Source: Octopus bimaculoides (lineage: Eukaryota). Taken from it: a stretch of 64,000 nt of DNA. Shown piece by piece: positions 13,359 to 26,590 of this stretch. The stretch's first letter is position 1, and every line of letters begins with the position of its first letter. The notes below the pieces were generated by a model that was not told where the DNA came from, did no database searches, and was given only the letters and a program-made list of their open reading frames with translations. Made by a program: the position numbers and the translations under genes. The stretch is taken from positions 65,178,320 through 65,242,319 of the forward strand of contig NC_068992.1 of assembly GCF_001194135.2 (NCBI RefSeq), written 5' to 3'.

Positions 13359-13745
13359 GATAATAATAATAATGATAATGGTAATACAAGTTGTTATTGT
13401 AGCAGTGATAATGTTATTAAAGATGTATTTGTCTTTTGTATTTGTCGCTGTTTAAATTGTTGTTGTTGTGGCATTTGTTGTTGTTGTTTTGTGGGAACAC
13501 TAGCACAGCTGCTGCTGCTGCCGCTGCTGCTGCTACTACTACTGCCTCTGCTAATGCTATTCGTACTACTGCTGCACCTGTCGCTGCTACGGCAGCTGTT
13601 TGTGGTTGTTCTTCTTGCCGTTGCTGTCGTCCGTTGCCGTCGCCACTGCCGATGCGGTGATGTTATGGCGGCGTCGTGCCGTTCGAACTGTGATATTGGT
13701 GGTGGTGGTGGTGGTGGTGTTGGTGGTGGTGTTGGGGTTTCTCTG
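12890..13745. repeat. Mosaic of degenerate trinucleotide repeats (GTT/GTA/TAT/TAC/TGC/GGT)
   Basis: Three-base periodicity persists while the motif changes. Confidence 0.85.
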
Positions 13746-14083
13746 TTGCTGTTTCCCTTCTGACGCCAGCTTCATCTACGAAGACGATGTCAAACACATT
13801 TACTCTCCTTCTTAATCTCTCCCTTCACAGAGAGAATAACAGCGTGGTCTCTTACCAGGTTCCTCCATCTGATCACATTGGAGAAAAAGAGAGAGAAAAA
13901 GAGTGAGTGAGAGAAAGAGAGAGAGAGTGGGGGAAAGAAAGTGAAGGAGAGACAGTCGGAGAGTATAATGTAAAATGTGGGAGAAATACACCCATCGAAT
14001 GAAACGGACAGAATTACATACCTGCAACAAACATACACACACACACACGTGTGTATATATATGTGTGTGTATATACATGTATA

Positions 14084-14142
<59 letters not shown>

Positions 14143-14268
14143 ATGTGTATAGTCATGTGTCTATGCATGCATGCTCGTATGTGTGTGCATGCGTATGTTT
14201 GTATAACTGGGGATTGAGAGCCGACAAATTAAAGCAGGTAAAACATCTTGCGTGTACGCATGTATGTA

Positions 14269-14327
<59 letters not shown>

Positions 14328-14393
14328 GCACACACATATTTCTATATACCTGCATAGATATATGTGCATACACCTGTACATATTTACTATATG

Positions 14394-14435
<42 letters not shown>

Positions 14436-15742
14436 ATGTATGTATGTATGTATGTATGTATGTATGTATGTACGTATACGAATGTAAGTATGTACATATA
14501 TGAATGTATGTGTATGTACGAATGCACAGAAGGAACAAAAGTGGGGATAGAAAATCATTTATTTCCGTTTGGTTTTTATTTTATTTTTAATTCATTCATT
14601 TGTAATACAACAACAACAACAACAGCAATAATAACAATTTTGATTTTACTGTCTTTGTTGTTGTTGTTGTTGTTTCTGTTGTAGTTAATGGGATTATCAA
14701 TATCGGGAGATAAACCTGTCATTAAATTACTTAATCTTTATGTTTTGTATGTTAAATATTGTTTATTTAGTCTCGTTTCACAGTCAGTTGTCAGCGTCAC
14801 ACACACACGACACACACAACACACACACAACACACACACACACACACACACACACACANNNNNNNNNNNNNNNNNNNNNNNNNNNNNNNNNNNNNNNNNN
14901 NNNNNNNNNNNNNNNNNNNNNNNNNNNNNNNNNNNNNNNNNNNNNNNNNNNNNNNNNNNNNNNNNNNNNNNNNNNNNNNNNNNNNNNNNNNNNNNNNNNN
15001 NNNNNNNNNNNNNNNNNNNNNNNNNNNNNNNNNNNNNNNNNNNNNNNNNNNNNNNNNNNNNNNNNNNNNNNNNNNNNNNNNNNNNNNNNNNNNNNNNNNN
15101 NNNNNNNNNNNNNNNNNNNNNNNNNNNNNNNNNNNNNNNNNNNNNNNNNNNNNNNNNNNNNNNNNNNNNNNNNNNNNNNNNNNNNNNNNNNNNNNNNNNN
15201 NNNNNNNNNNNNNNNNNNNNNNNNNNNNNNNNNNNNNNNNNNNNNNNNNNNNNNNNNNNNNNNNNNNNNNNNNNNNNNNNNNNNNNNNNNNNNNNNNNNN
15301 NNNNNNNNNNNNNNNNNNNNNNNNNNNNNNNNNNNNNNNNNNNNNNNNNNNNNNNNNNNNNNNNNNNNNNNNNNNNNNNNNNNNNNNNNNNNNNNNNNNN
15401 NNNNNNNNNNNNNNNNNNNNNNNNNNNNNNNNNNNNNNNNNNNNNNNNNNNNNNNNNNNNNNNNNNNNNNNNNNNNNNNNNNNNNNNNNNNNNNNNNNNN
15501 NNNNNNNNNNNNNNNNNNNNNNNNNNNNNNNNNNNNNNNNNNNNNNNNNNNNNNNNNNNNNNNNNNNNNNNNNNNNNNNNNNNNNNNNNNNNNNNNNNNN
15601 NNNNNNNNNNNNNNNNNNNNNNNNNNNNNNNNNNNNNNNNNNNNNNNNNNNNNNNNNNNNNNNNNNNNNNNNNNNNNNNNNNNNNNNNNNNNNNNNNNNN
15701 NNNNNNNNNNNNNNNNNNNNNNNNNNNNNNNNNNNNNNNNNN

Positions 15743-15778
<36 letters not shown>

Positions 15779-15832
15779 TATATATGTACATATAGTTTCT
15801 TTAACTTATAATCATTAAATTATACATATATA

Positions 15833-15976
15833 GAACGGGTTTCTTTCATATCCGTTCAGAAGCATTTAATCTTTTCGAGGCTATAGTAAATGACATTCGC
15901 TCAAAGTGCCACGAAGTTCGACTGAACTCGAAACTACGTGGTTGGGAAACAGCCTTCTTGACACACAGCGACGCCT
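15833..15976 (-). mobile_element. Family C SINE, 5' half
   Basis: The reverse complement matches the head and core of 27718 and 56748. Confidence 0.7.
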
Positions 15977-16032
15977 CTCCCTATATCTATATCTATATTT
16001 ATCTCTCTCTCTATCTCTCTCTCTCTCCCTCT

Positions 16033-16077
<45 letters not shown>

Positions 16078-16087
16078 NNNNNNNNNN

Positions 16088-16124
<37 letters not shown>

Positions 16125-16469
16125 GCATACTAAATGTGTGTATGTTCCTGCGTGTGTTTGCGTGAGAGTAATAGAAGAGCACAATTTTACTCACTGAAGT
16201 TCCGAAATTTAACCAAAACTCCGGTGATAATCCTGTAATGTAATTTCGAGCGGGTTATATTTTAAATTTTAAACAGAATATATCATGTGACAATGTTTTC
16301 GAAAACGAAATTTCGTATAATAAAATACCATTACACATTCGATTGTGCAGCCCTATATCGATATACAACACTCTGCTCAGAGTGTATCGTGTTCCTATAG
16401 TGATTTAATTTTCGAAATTAATAACTGGCTAATCTTGACTCTGATACGCCCCAACATGTATAATAATAA

Positions 16470-16561
16470 AATAAATATACATTACTGTTTCTACTTCGCG
16501 GATTTTCGCCTATCGTGGGGACTTTTGGAACGTAACACCCGCAATAGTCGAGGGATTGCTG
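16470..16561. mobile_element. Terminal portion of a Tigger/pogo-like (Tc1/mariner superfamily) DNA transposon
   Basis: Ends ...cacccgcaatagtcgagggattgctg|TA, whose reverse complement resembles the TA|CAGTAATCCCTCG-type TIR. The partner end was not found. Confidence 0.55.
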
Positions 16562-17475
16562 TATAAATCTGGGCCAAAGCTATACAAGTTATTCACAGTG
16601 AAAAAGTATATCTGTTTTATTTATCTTTTGCCCACAATATAAATGACACATGATATGAAAGAAATATTTATGAATTTACTATGTAATGTTACTTCCTCTA
16701 TAGAGCGTTCGGTTTCGAAGCCCGTAACCTTTCATCGCGCATGTTTCAAAATATAGAATCCCTGTTTGATCTACGCCATAAACTATCAGTCAAGTTGAGT
16801 TGAGATAAAACCTCACCGAAGCGGGCAATATATTGCAAAACACACTTTTATATCCGTGGAAAATAAAATATAATGACTAACAATATAAATATGTGTGTGC
16901 GGTGTGATATCTTCCGTGCCATTTCCTGCTCTTTCTTCTTGAAACAAACGCAGAAACTATTCAAACTTTTTACCAATGGCGCTTTTTGTTAGAAGTTGTA
17001 GGAGCAGCAGCGGTAGTAATCGTCGTATATGTTCTTGTTGTTGTTGTTCTTGTCGTACTTGTAATGACCAGCGTCCAGTTATGTTTCTCTATTGTAGACA
17101 TCCTGTCGTCTCGTCATCGCTGTAACCTTGACAAGAGATGAACCAGTGTAAGATGATAAGGAAAAGAGAAAGGGCAGCAGAAATGGATGATGGGGTGGGG
17201 GACGGAGATGAGGGGAGAAGGTACAGAAGCAGCAGCAGCAGCAGCAGCAGTAGTGCCACGTGGTAGCAGCGATAGCAACATGTGTAGGAAAATACATCGT
17301 TGGATCTGTGAGAAAGACGAGAATATAATATAGAAATAGATAGCGGTTTAATAGAATGATGGAACGGCAGAATGACGGAATATGGAATGAAGAAAGAATA
17401 AAGTAGGGCTTGTACAGAATATCTTGTATGCATGAAGGCGTGTGTAATTCTACTGGTGTGTGTGTGTGTGTGTGT

Positions 17476-17630
17476 GTGTGGTAAGTGTAGCTTGCTTACC
17501 AACCATATGGTTCCAGGTTCGGTCCGACTACGTGGCACCTTCAGCAGGTGTCATCTAGAATAACCTCCGGCTGACCAAAGCCTTGTGACTGAATTCGGAA
17601 GAAGGAAATTGAAAGAAGCCCGTCGTATAC
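17476..17630 (+). mobile_element. Family C SINE, 5' half
   Basis: Reads cttgcttaccaaccatatggttccaggttc...gaccaaagccttgtga...gaaagaagcccgtcgtata. Confidence 0.8.
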
Positions 17631-17632
17631 GT

Positions 17633-17762
<130 letters not shown>

Positions 17763-18240
17763 ATGTGTTTAATATTTATTGTGTATGAATATCTGTGATT
17801 GTGCGCATTTGCTGTATATATGTGTGTGTGTATGCATATGTATAATCGATAGATAGTGTTTGAAGTATATTTGCTTGTGTATGTATTCATGTGAGTATTA
17901 GCCTTGCTGTGTGTGTGTGTGTGTGTGTGCGAGCTTTATTGTATGCGAGTGCGTTTCATGTATGTTTTTTTAGCTGCTGTGTATGTGAATGCGCGCATGA
18001 AATTATCTGTGTGTTTACCTACACATTGGAACAGTGCAGTGTGTGTGTGTGTGTGTGTGTATTTGTTACGATTTGCACGTGTGAATAGTATATATACCCA
18101 TTCCTTTACACACACGCACACACGCACACAGACACACAGACACACACACACAAGCACACATATATGTGCGTAGAGGGTGAGCGGTAGTGATGCATATAAA
18201 CACAATCAAGGTTCATGCTTATGCATGCATGTGTGTGATG

Positions 18241-18281
<41 letters not shown>

Positions 18282-18399
18282 GTTTCCTGAGTCAGTGTGT
18301 GAATGTCTGAGCGCTATGTGCGCGCGCGCATGCGTGTGTGTGTGTGTGTGTCTGTGTGCGTGTTGCGTTTGTTTGGCAGAAAATACCTCACAAATGATA

Positions 18400-18860
18400 A
18401 TTACAGCAATTGATGGTTGTGATGTGATGGTAGTGGTTATGCTAATGGTATTAGTGGTAGTGTTAGTAGCAGTAGTAGTAGTCGTATTATTATTATTATT
18501 ATTTGTAGTAATACTAGTAGTAGTGGTGGTGGTGGTGGTGTCGGTGGAACTAATTATATTGACAGTTGCAGTATTAGTAGTAGTGGATTCAGTGGTATAG
18601 AGAGATGGTAGTACACTGCTATAGTATTGGTGACGGTGAGTGTAGTGGTACTGGTGGTAACAGTAGTGGCAGTGACAGTGGTAGTAGTGGTAAGCTTATC
18701 AGTGCTGTTGGTGGTGTTGATGTTGTAGTTAGTTGTTCAGATGACAGTGGTTCTATAAGTCGTAGTACTGTCTGTGGTGGTTTTGGTGGTCGCAGTTCTA
18801 GAGTGATTCATAGTAATCGTGGTAGTGGTGGTGGTTGTGGTGGTTGTGGTGGGGGTGTGT
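18400..18860. repeat. Degenerate (GTA/GTG)n mosaic
   Basis: Direct reading. Confidence 0.8.
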
Positions 18861-19935
18861 TAGCATGCATGAATGAAGCATGCAGTGTGCAGTTGCATGT
18901 TTAAGTGGTAAATACTGCAACAGCAGCAGAAAATGGTGGCTGTCAATGCAGTGTAGGTAACTTTACCTACATACACACGTATGCACACTGACTCGCACAC
19001 ACACATACACATTCACACCAAAACATACGCACACATACACAGGTGTCTATTTATCGAGCAAGCTAGCAATGAATATATACAAGTATGTATTAAATGTATG
19101 GCTATATTTGTATATATATATGTATGAATATATATGTATATATAATATATGTATGTAAATATATCCTTATATTTCGGGATGGTCATTTTTGGGGGTCAAA
19201 TTCATAATGATATGTATATATCCGATATATATATATATATATATGTATANNNNNNNNNNNNNNNNNNNNNNNNNNNNNNNNNNNNNNNNNNNNNNNNNNN
19301 NNNNNNNNNNNNNNNNNNNNNNNNATATATATATATATATATATATACGTGTATGTGAGTATATACACACAGACACAAACGCACAAACACGCTCACACAT
19401 TCGCTCTGGTAAAGCAAAACTGACAACAGGGCAAAACATTAATTGTAATTATGTACCAAACTGCTCATTAACTATTTAATAATTATTACTAAATGCATAT
19501 AATTTATGTATAGGTTGCAATTAATGAGGTACATCAAGAGACAAAACAGAATAAAACAATAAAATGACTTGAAACTTTAAAATAATTGTTGAAATTCTTT
19601 ACCAAAGCTCTGCCCTGAAGCCTCCTACAAGAGAGCAACAACAGTTGGGATGTATCTGCTCTCATGTCTGTAACCCCTGTTTTATATTCCAGCCGGTTCG
19701 CCAATACTTATTTCATACACGTCAGTTAATGTCAGTTAAATGAGTAATTTCCTCTCCTTGTCTGATTATAATGTAGCTATCATTAGTTTCTTTAATTCTT
19801 CATTGTAAGTATGTAGACTTACGTGTTTTGAGGGTGGTGGCCATATCTGTTTCTGACCACGGTTCAGATTGCGATTCTTTAACATATTAAATCATTGTGC
19901 GTCGACAAATAGTGTGTCACAAATAGTGTCGCACT

Positions 19936-20129
19936 AATAGTTTCTTTTCTACTCTAGGAACAAGACCCCAATTTTTTGGGCAGGGTCCAGTCGATTGGAT
20001 CGACCCCAGTACGCAAGTGGTACTTAATTTATCGACCTCGAAAGGATGAAATGCAAAGTCGACCTCGGCGGAATTTGAACTCAGAACGTAAAGACAGATG
20101 AAATACCGTTTCTGCCAGCTCGCCGCCTT
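19936..20129 (-). mobile_element. Family B SINE with a small internal deletion
   Basis: Contains tcgacctcgaaaggatgaaatgcaaagtcgacctcggcggaatttgaactcagaacgta. Confidence 0.9.
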
Positions 20130-20380
20130 GTGTCTCACTAATAGTGTCTCACAAATGTGTCCACAGATAGTGTCTCACATGTGCCTGGGTGCGTCGCAAC
20201 CCAACAACGAATAGTTCGATTCGATATTCTTTTCGTTGAACCTTCTCGACAGTCCCTTCTCTTGCCCCGTTATATGGAGCTGCTGTTACCACATTTGGAT
20301 ACGCCTGCTGCCTTGTAGTCATAGTACAGGATAACACATGATGTTTGCATCTCTGCACTGCTCTGGATGATGTCGGTTTC

Positions 20381-20588
20381 AAATTTTGGCACAAGGCCAG
20401 CAATTTTGTGGGAGTTGATAAATCGATTACATCGATGTTAGTGCTCAACAGGTACTCATTTTATCGACCCCTAAAGGATAAGAGACAAAATCAACCTGGG
20501 TGGAATTTGAACTTAGATCGTGACGACGGCCATAATAATGCTAAGCATTTTGCTCGGAATGCTAAGGATGTTTCCAGTTCACCGCCTT
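20381..20588 (-). mobile_element. Family B SINE
   Basis: Reads ttttggcacaaggccagc...ggtactcattttatcgacccc...ggaatttgaac...accgcctt. Confidence 0.8.
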
Positions 20589-21191
20589 AAGTGCATTAAA
20601 TGAGGCTTGAAACTGCCATACTCCTGTCCAATTGGGGTCCCCTAGCCTCACCTGCTGCTATGGTAGGCTTTCATGGAGGATAACCTTTCATTTTCGTTTG
20701 ACTGATGAGGGCAAATCGCTCAGCTAGGACGGCACATATTGTGAGATCTCCAGTGCCAAAACTTGCTCGTCTCTAAATCCAAAGCAAAGGAAGAAAACAT
20801 GATTCAATAACTGTCAGTGAGAGACAGATTCATCATCACGCCACCCTTTTTGAAACCCTCTGCAACCTGAAACCTAGAACTGCTCTTCTCCAAATTGCAT
20901 TTGTAGCTGTTCCAATGGCAGGAAGAGCTCAGCAAGGTAGGGAGCTTGACCCAAGAGATTCCTGGTGGTTCTTCACATCAATGGCTTTACCATTCTGTTC
21001 GTGTGACGTAAGTGAGACATGTTATTCAACAACGATATTTTGGATTTGTTTATTTCAATAATGTCTCAGTCAGAGTAAACAGGAAGAGAATTCTGAGAGA
21101 AAGAGAATTCCTGAGAAATTCCGAAAATGTTCACGTACACTGCCAAGTGGTCAATATCGGATTATTAATTGCAGCCGTCTATACACGTTCA

Positions 21192-21222
<31 letters not shown>

Positions 21223-21453
21223 NNNNNNNNNNNNNNNNNNNNNNNNNNNNNNNNNNNNNNNNNNNNNNNNNNNNNNNNNNNNNNNNNNNNNNNNNNNNNN
21301 NNNNNNNNNNNNNNNNNNNNNNNNNNNNNNNNNNNNNNNNNNNNNNNNNNNNNNNNNNNNNNNNNNNNNNNNNNNNNNNNNNNNNNNNNNNNNNNNNNNN
21401 NNNNNNNNNNNNNNNNNNNNNNNNNNNNNNNNNNNNNNNNNNNNNNNNNNNNN

Positions 21454-21485
<32 letters not shown>

Positions 21486-22506
21486 CACACACACATATAT
21501 ATACATATGAACGTGTATATATCATAAAAGTGTATATGTGACTGAGTATGAATTCGTAAATCTCTCATTTTCTCTCTTTCTGTATATATATATGTGTGTG
21601 TTTGTGTGTATGGATTCATATATATGTATGTGTGCGTGTGCATGTACATACGTATAAATACATGGATAAATATAAGCAGAGACCAGTCGAGGTTTTTATT
21701 GGATTTATTCTGTATACACCTGACGACTATATTTAATTCGTCACCGTTCACATCCATGCTAGACACATTGTTAGTCGTATACACCGCCTACCACTATTCT
21801 ATTGCTAAATAAATTATGTTCTAAAATCGGAAATACATCGCTCTGTTGATTTTACACTTCTTAAACTTTCCCATTTCGAAGTTCCTTTCTAAGAGTCTCT
21901 CGGATTGCCTTCTCTTGCATTTCGTCTAATTTCGCGTAATTCAATTACTACCTTACCAAAGTTTCCCATACTTTTTTACGACATTTTGTGTTATATATTT
22001 GATAGAATATTGTTTTATTTTGGTCCTTCCTACTTCTCTCATTTCAATATACTTGTTAGTTTTATATAAATTTAGCATTCTCGGTTGTTTGTTTTAAAGA
22101 TGACATAGTAACCTCCATCTTGAAATGAAAGACATATTTTAATAATAACATCTTGAACCGGATCTAGTTTCGAATTATAAGCCTTTACTTCTAAGCCTAT
22201 AAAGTTCGTATTTGAATTCAGCTCAGTAATTCGTTCACATCCAGAAATGAAGCACCTGCTGACGACGGCAGATATCACCGATCGAAATAATATGTAGATA
22301 TAAAGATTGAAGAAGGGTTTCTCTTTAAAGGTATCGTTTACAGATCAAATAATTCGGATTATTAAAATTCATCTTCGAGACTTACAGGGAGTGAGAGAGA
22401 GGGGTGGGGAAGAGGAAGAACCGTGTAGTTTAATCATGAGACTATGTACAAAGCGATGCTGGATGCATGTTTATGAATCGACTCATAGGAGAGGAAGAGA
22501 CAGAAG

Positions 22507-22552
<46 letters not shown>

Positions 22553-23019
22553 AAAAGATAGAAAGGGGTAGAGAGAATGAGAATGAAATAGAGAGAGAGA
22601 GAGAAAGAGAGAAAGGAAAGAAGGAATGAGACAGAGAGGGAAAAATAGAGATCTGTTGTTTAACACTGCGTCTCTTTACACATCAACCTAAATGTATGTC
22701 TATGAATCTTGTCCCAATTTATTTAAACAGTGCTTAATAATTTGAAATCCGAAATTATTGATTTGAAAAACTGTCGACGATGCACCAGACAACTAAGTAG
22801 TTCACATAATTTTGCTGAAAATGTATATTTTGTTGTTTAACCTAAGGTGGGTCCAGTGAACCAAACATTGTAACCGTGACCAACAACAATATTGAAGATG
22901 TATCATCATGCCGCTAGATTTTCATTCTGTCCATTGGCAGAACAATAACTAGAATCAAGTTAAAGGAGAAATGTTTCATTGTTCAATATTCAATGAAAAC
23001 CTTTTGAGAAGTATCGTAA

Positions 23020-23500
23020 CAAAGACGACATATTTCGTGTATTGAGGTGATATGTTATGGAGGATTTTATTTGGAAATTGTAAGGAATTTCAGCAGCAGA
23101 GTAGTGTGAGGGAAGTGGCCTGAAGTATGGACAAAAAATGAAAGCAAAATGAAAGCTGTACCATGAAATCTCTCTTGCTCCCGTGTCATGTCTTACCTGT
23201 AAGGGTTCCAAAAGCACCAAACGATTATTGTTCCCAATTCTCCCAACTCTGCTCTCTGGATTAGGTGGAAATCTTTTGTTATGGTTGTTTTGAAAGTTGG
23301 AATCCACCTTGAAAGGTCAACGACTTCAGACGATAGAACACATCGAAGGAAAATGCTTGCGACAAATGTCACTTCTCTAACATTAAAGAAGAAGAAAAAA
23401 CCTCGTTCAAAGAGACGTTCCGAAGCTGGAAAAAATTTCTTGTGAACAGTATATCTTCAGTAGTAACTACAAATTGAAGGAGACGAGTCATTATATTAGA
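23020..23500 (+). mobile_element. Decayed mariner-family transposase fragment (C-terminal half)
   Basis: Pieces across frameshifts and stops: FYLEIVR, V*GKWPEVW (cf. RRKRPELW), KHQTIIVP, LWLF*KLESTLKGQRLQTIEHI (cf. FWLFPKLK..LKGRRF..IE.I), SFKETFRSWKK, IEGD. Confidence 0.65.
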
Positions 23501-25453
23501 AGAAAAGTAATAAATTTGTTTTAAAAATGTTCAGTGCTATGAGAGAAAACATTAAACCTCTAATAAACCAGAAGCTAATTATATTAGTTAAATGAAGTTT
23601 CGATAAATATAGGAAGTAAAAAAAAAAAGCAGCCGATGAAATGCAGAAGGCCAGAGACCAAGGGTCAAGGATATAGGTCAGCAGAAAAGAAATTTGTTGT
23701 AGGTTAGTAAGCTATGGATTAGTTGTGACTGAGCAGAACGTTAGTAGCAGTTTATCACCAGAGAATGATTTAGCACAAACCAAAGACCGGTTTTCGTTTG
23801 CTATTAAACTGTAGCGACAACTTAGAGAAGAATACAGTGCACATGTCAACATTCAGTGAATCGGGTTTGCGCTCCATCGAGGGCGCCATTAATTTCTATC
23901 TATCTGTCTATCTCTCTATCTGTCTGACTGTCTGTCTATCTATCTATGTTTCTTTCTTTCTTTCTTTATTTGATCCATTCTTTGTTTCTCTCATTCTTTT
24001 TAAACATTGCTCAAATATCCAGTTTAATCTTGGGTGGAGTAAAAGAAAGGTTAGTAACCCCATGCAATATGCATTCATATGTACACAAATGCGCGCGCAC
24101 AAAAACACGCACGCACAAAAACACGCACGCAAACACATACACACACACGCGCGCATGTGTGTGTGTGTGTTGGATTAAATTGTATGCCACGTGAGTTATA
24201 TGAGAAAAAGTTATTGCCTTCGGCGCTTATCTATTTCCTGTTTCTAAAGAAATGCTCCAAAGCAACCACTATGTCGTCTTCCATTTCTCACAGCGCAACA
24301 TAATCAACTGAGAAAGAGAGAGAGAGTGTGTGAGAGAGAGAGAAGGTGGGGTGGGAAGAGGAGAGAGAAGTGACAGAGGAGAGAGAGGTTGCCGTCCTTC
24401 ATCATTCGACATTTAAAGATCAAATACCTGTTTGTGCTCGGTTGATTTGGAACTCAATTTCAGTTCCCAAAATTTGCTCTTAGGCGTTGCCTCTTTACAA
24501 CTGCGTCCGCAGCCAGTAAATTTAAACCGTAAAGATGGCAATAGGCTGGTTCTTATCAAAATTTTCCCGTTTCTAAGCGCTAATTCTCTTGTCTAGGATG
24601 CTTTCTGCCGGATTGTTTTCTCCGGAGGTGCAATCAACAACAATCGGTGTTAGGTCCGCCCTACATCACCTGACAGCCGAAACATTGCAAATAGATAGGT
24701 TTGTTTTCATTCCTACGGCTGGAGAAATTTCCGGCGTCCTTCGACCCCCACCCCACGCCGACCCACAAACCTATTCAGTGTGGTTTGTCTTGAGATTGCT
24801 CTTCATAGGAATGCGTTCCATGATGTGGATTGCCAATCTTAACACAAATCTCCCATTATTCCGCTGGGTATTGCATTCCCCATTCCTTTTTCCGTAGACA
24901 ATGAATCATTTACATGCCGAAAGGTAATATAGATTCTCAGGAAATTTCAAATGTATTTCCTCAATTCTAGCTGCATTACAGTATTTAGATTCCGAGAAAT
25001 GGCAGCAATAACAAAAATAACAAAATTACAAGTAGAATATGATAGACAAGGAAGAAAATAGGATAAGTTTCAATGTGCAAATACGGATTAATTTAAAAAT
25101 AACGAGTTAAAGGTATCGAATTTCTGGTAGGGGGGGGGGTACGAATAGGAACAAAATACACGAAAGAGAGAAAAGGAAATCGTTGGATTGAGAATATAAG
25201 AGACAAGATGAGAAAAGAGAATAAGTTATATTAGACATGAGTGTGTGAGTGCGCATCTGTATAGATATATGTGTGAATTTGTATCCATATATATATATAA
25301 TTAGATATGCTTCAACACACACACACACACACACACACATACACACACACATATATATATATGCACACATGTATATATATCGAGATAGATCTGTCTCTCT
25401 CCTTATATATATTTGTATATATATTGTATATTATATATATACATACATAAATG

Positions 25454-25489
<36 letters not shown>

Positions 25490-26193
25490 NNNNNNNNNNT
25501 ATATTAGACATGAGTGTGTGAGTGCGCATCTGTATAGATATATGTGTGAATTTGTATCCATATATATATATAATTAGATATGCTTCAACACACACACACA
25601 CACATACACACACACATATATATATATGCACACATGTATATATATCGAGATAGATCTGTCTCTCTCCTTATATATATNNNNNNNNNNNNNNNNNNNNNNN
25701 NNNNNNNNNNNNNNNNNNNNNNNNNNNNNNNNNNNNNNNNNNNNNNNNNNNNNNNNNNNNNNNNNNNNNNNNNNNNNNNNNNNNNNNNNNNNNNNNNNNN
25801 NNNNNNNNNNNNNNNNNNNNNNNNNNNNNNNNNNNNNNNNNNNNNNNNNNNNNNNNNNNNNNNNNNNNNNNNNNNNNNNNNNNNNNNNNNNNNNNNNNNN
25901 NNNNNNNNNNNNNNNNNNNNNNNNNNNNNNNNNNNNNNNNNNNNNNNNNNNNNNNNNNNNNNNNNNNNNNNNNNNNNNNNNNNNNNNNNNNNNNNNNNNN
26001 NNNNNNNNNNNNNNNNNNNNNNNNNNNNNNNNNNNNNNNNNNNNNNNNNNNNNNNNNNNNNNNNNNNNNNNNNNNNNNNNNNNNNNNNNNNNNNNNNNNN
26101 NNNNNNNNNNNNNNNNNNNNNNNNNNNNNNNNNNNNNNNNNNNNNNNNNNNNNNNNNNNNNNNNNNNNNNNNNNNNNNNNNNNNNNNNNNNNN

Positions 26194-26590
26194 AATAGAG
26201 TTATTAATATTTCTAAGTCTCTCTAAAGGAGACTACGGCAGCGGTACTGGAAATTAATAGTTATCGCCAAGCCAACATGGCAGTCCCAAAATTAGGACGA
26301 AAGCTGCCGTGAATTAGCTCCAAGAAGCCATCGCCTCTAGCTAGCTATGTGACACACGAAACCTGTGTCCTTTATAACCTTCGAACAGGGGAGGTCAGCA
26401 GTGTCCCCCTGCTGGTTTGGCATCTGCAGACTAGACTAGTTTCAGGGTGTTGCCCCTTGTCAATGCAGAGTAGCCAAGCCTTAGCCAGGCGGCGCTGCTG
26501 ACTATCTGCTCGAAGGTTATTTATCTAATTTCAGTGGAATCTATCCACTGGTTTTCAGAAATAGAGTTATTAATATTTCTAAGTCTCTCT
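26194..26590. repeat. Dispersed-repeat unit of 366 bp with a 31-bp direct repeat at both ends
   Basis: aatagagttattaatatttctaagtctctct occurs at 26194-26224 and 26560-26590. The interior is homologous to the 49865 palindrome. Confidence 0.7.

Noticed and set aside
20701-20770. CUGAUGA as a hammerhead core (also 1375, 44655 and 60904)
   Set aside because: There is no properly placed helix II followed by GAAA and an NUH site.
25227-25677. About 180-bp duplication across a 10-N gap
   Set aside because: It most likely reflects overlapping contig ends left unmerged in scaffolding.
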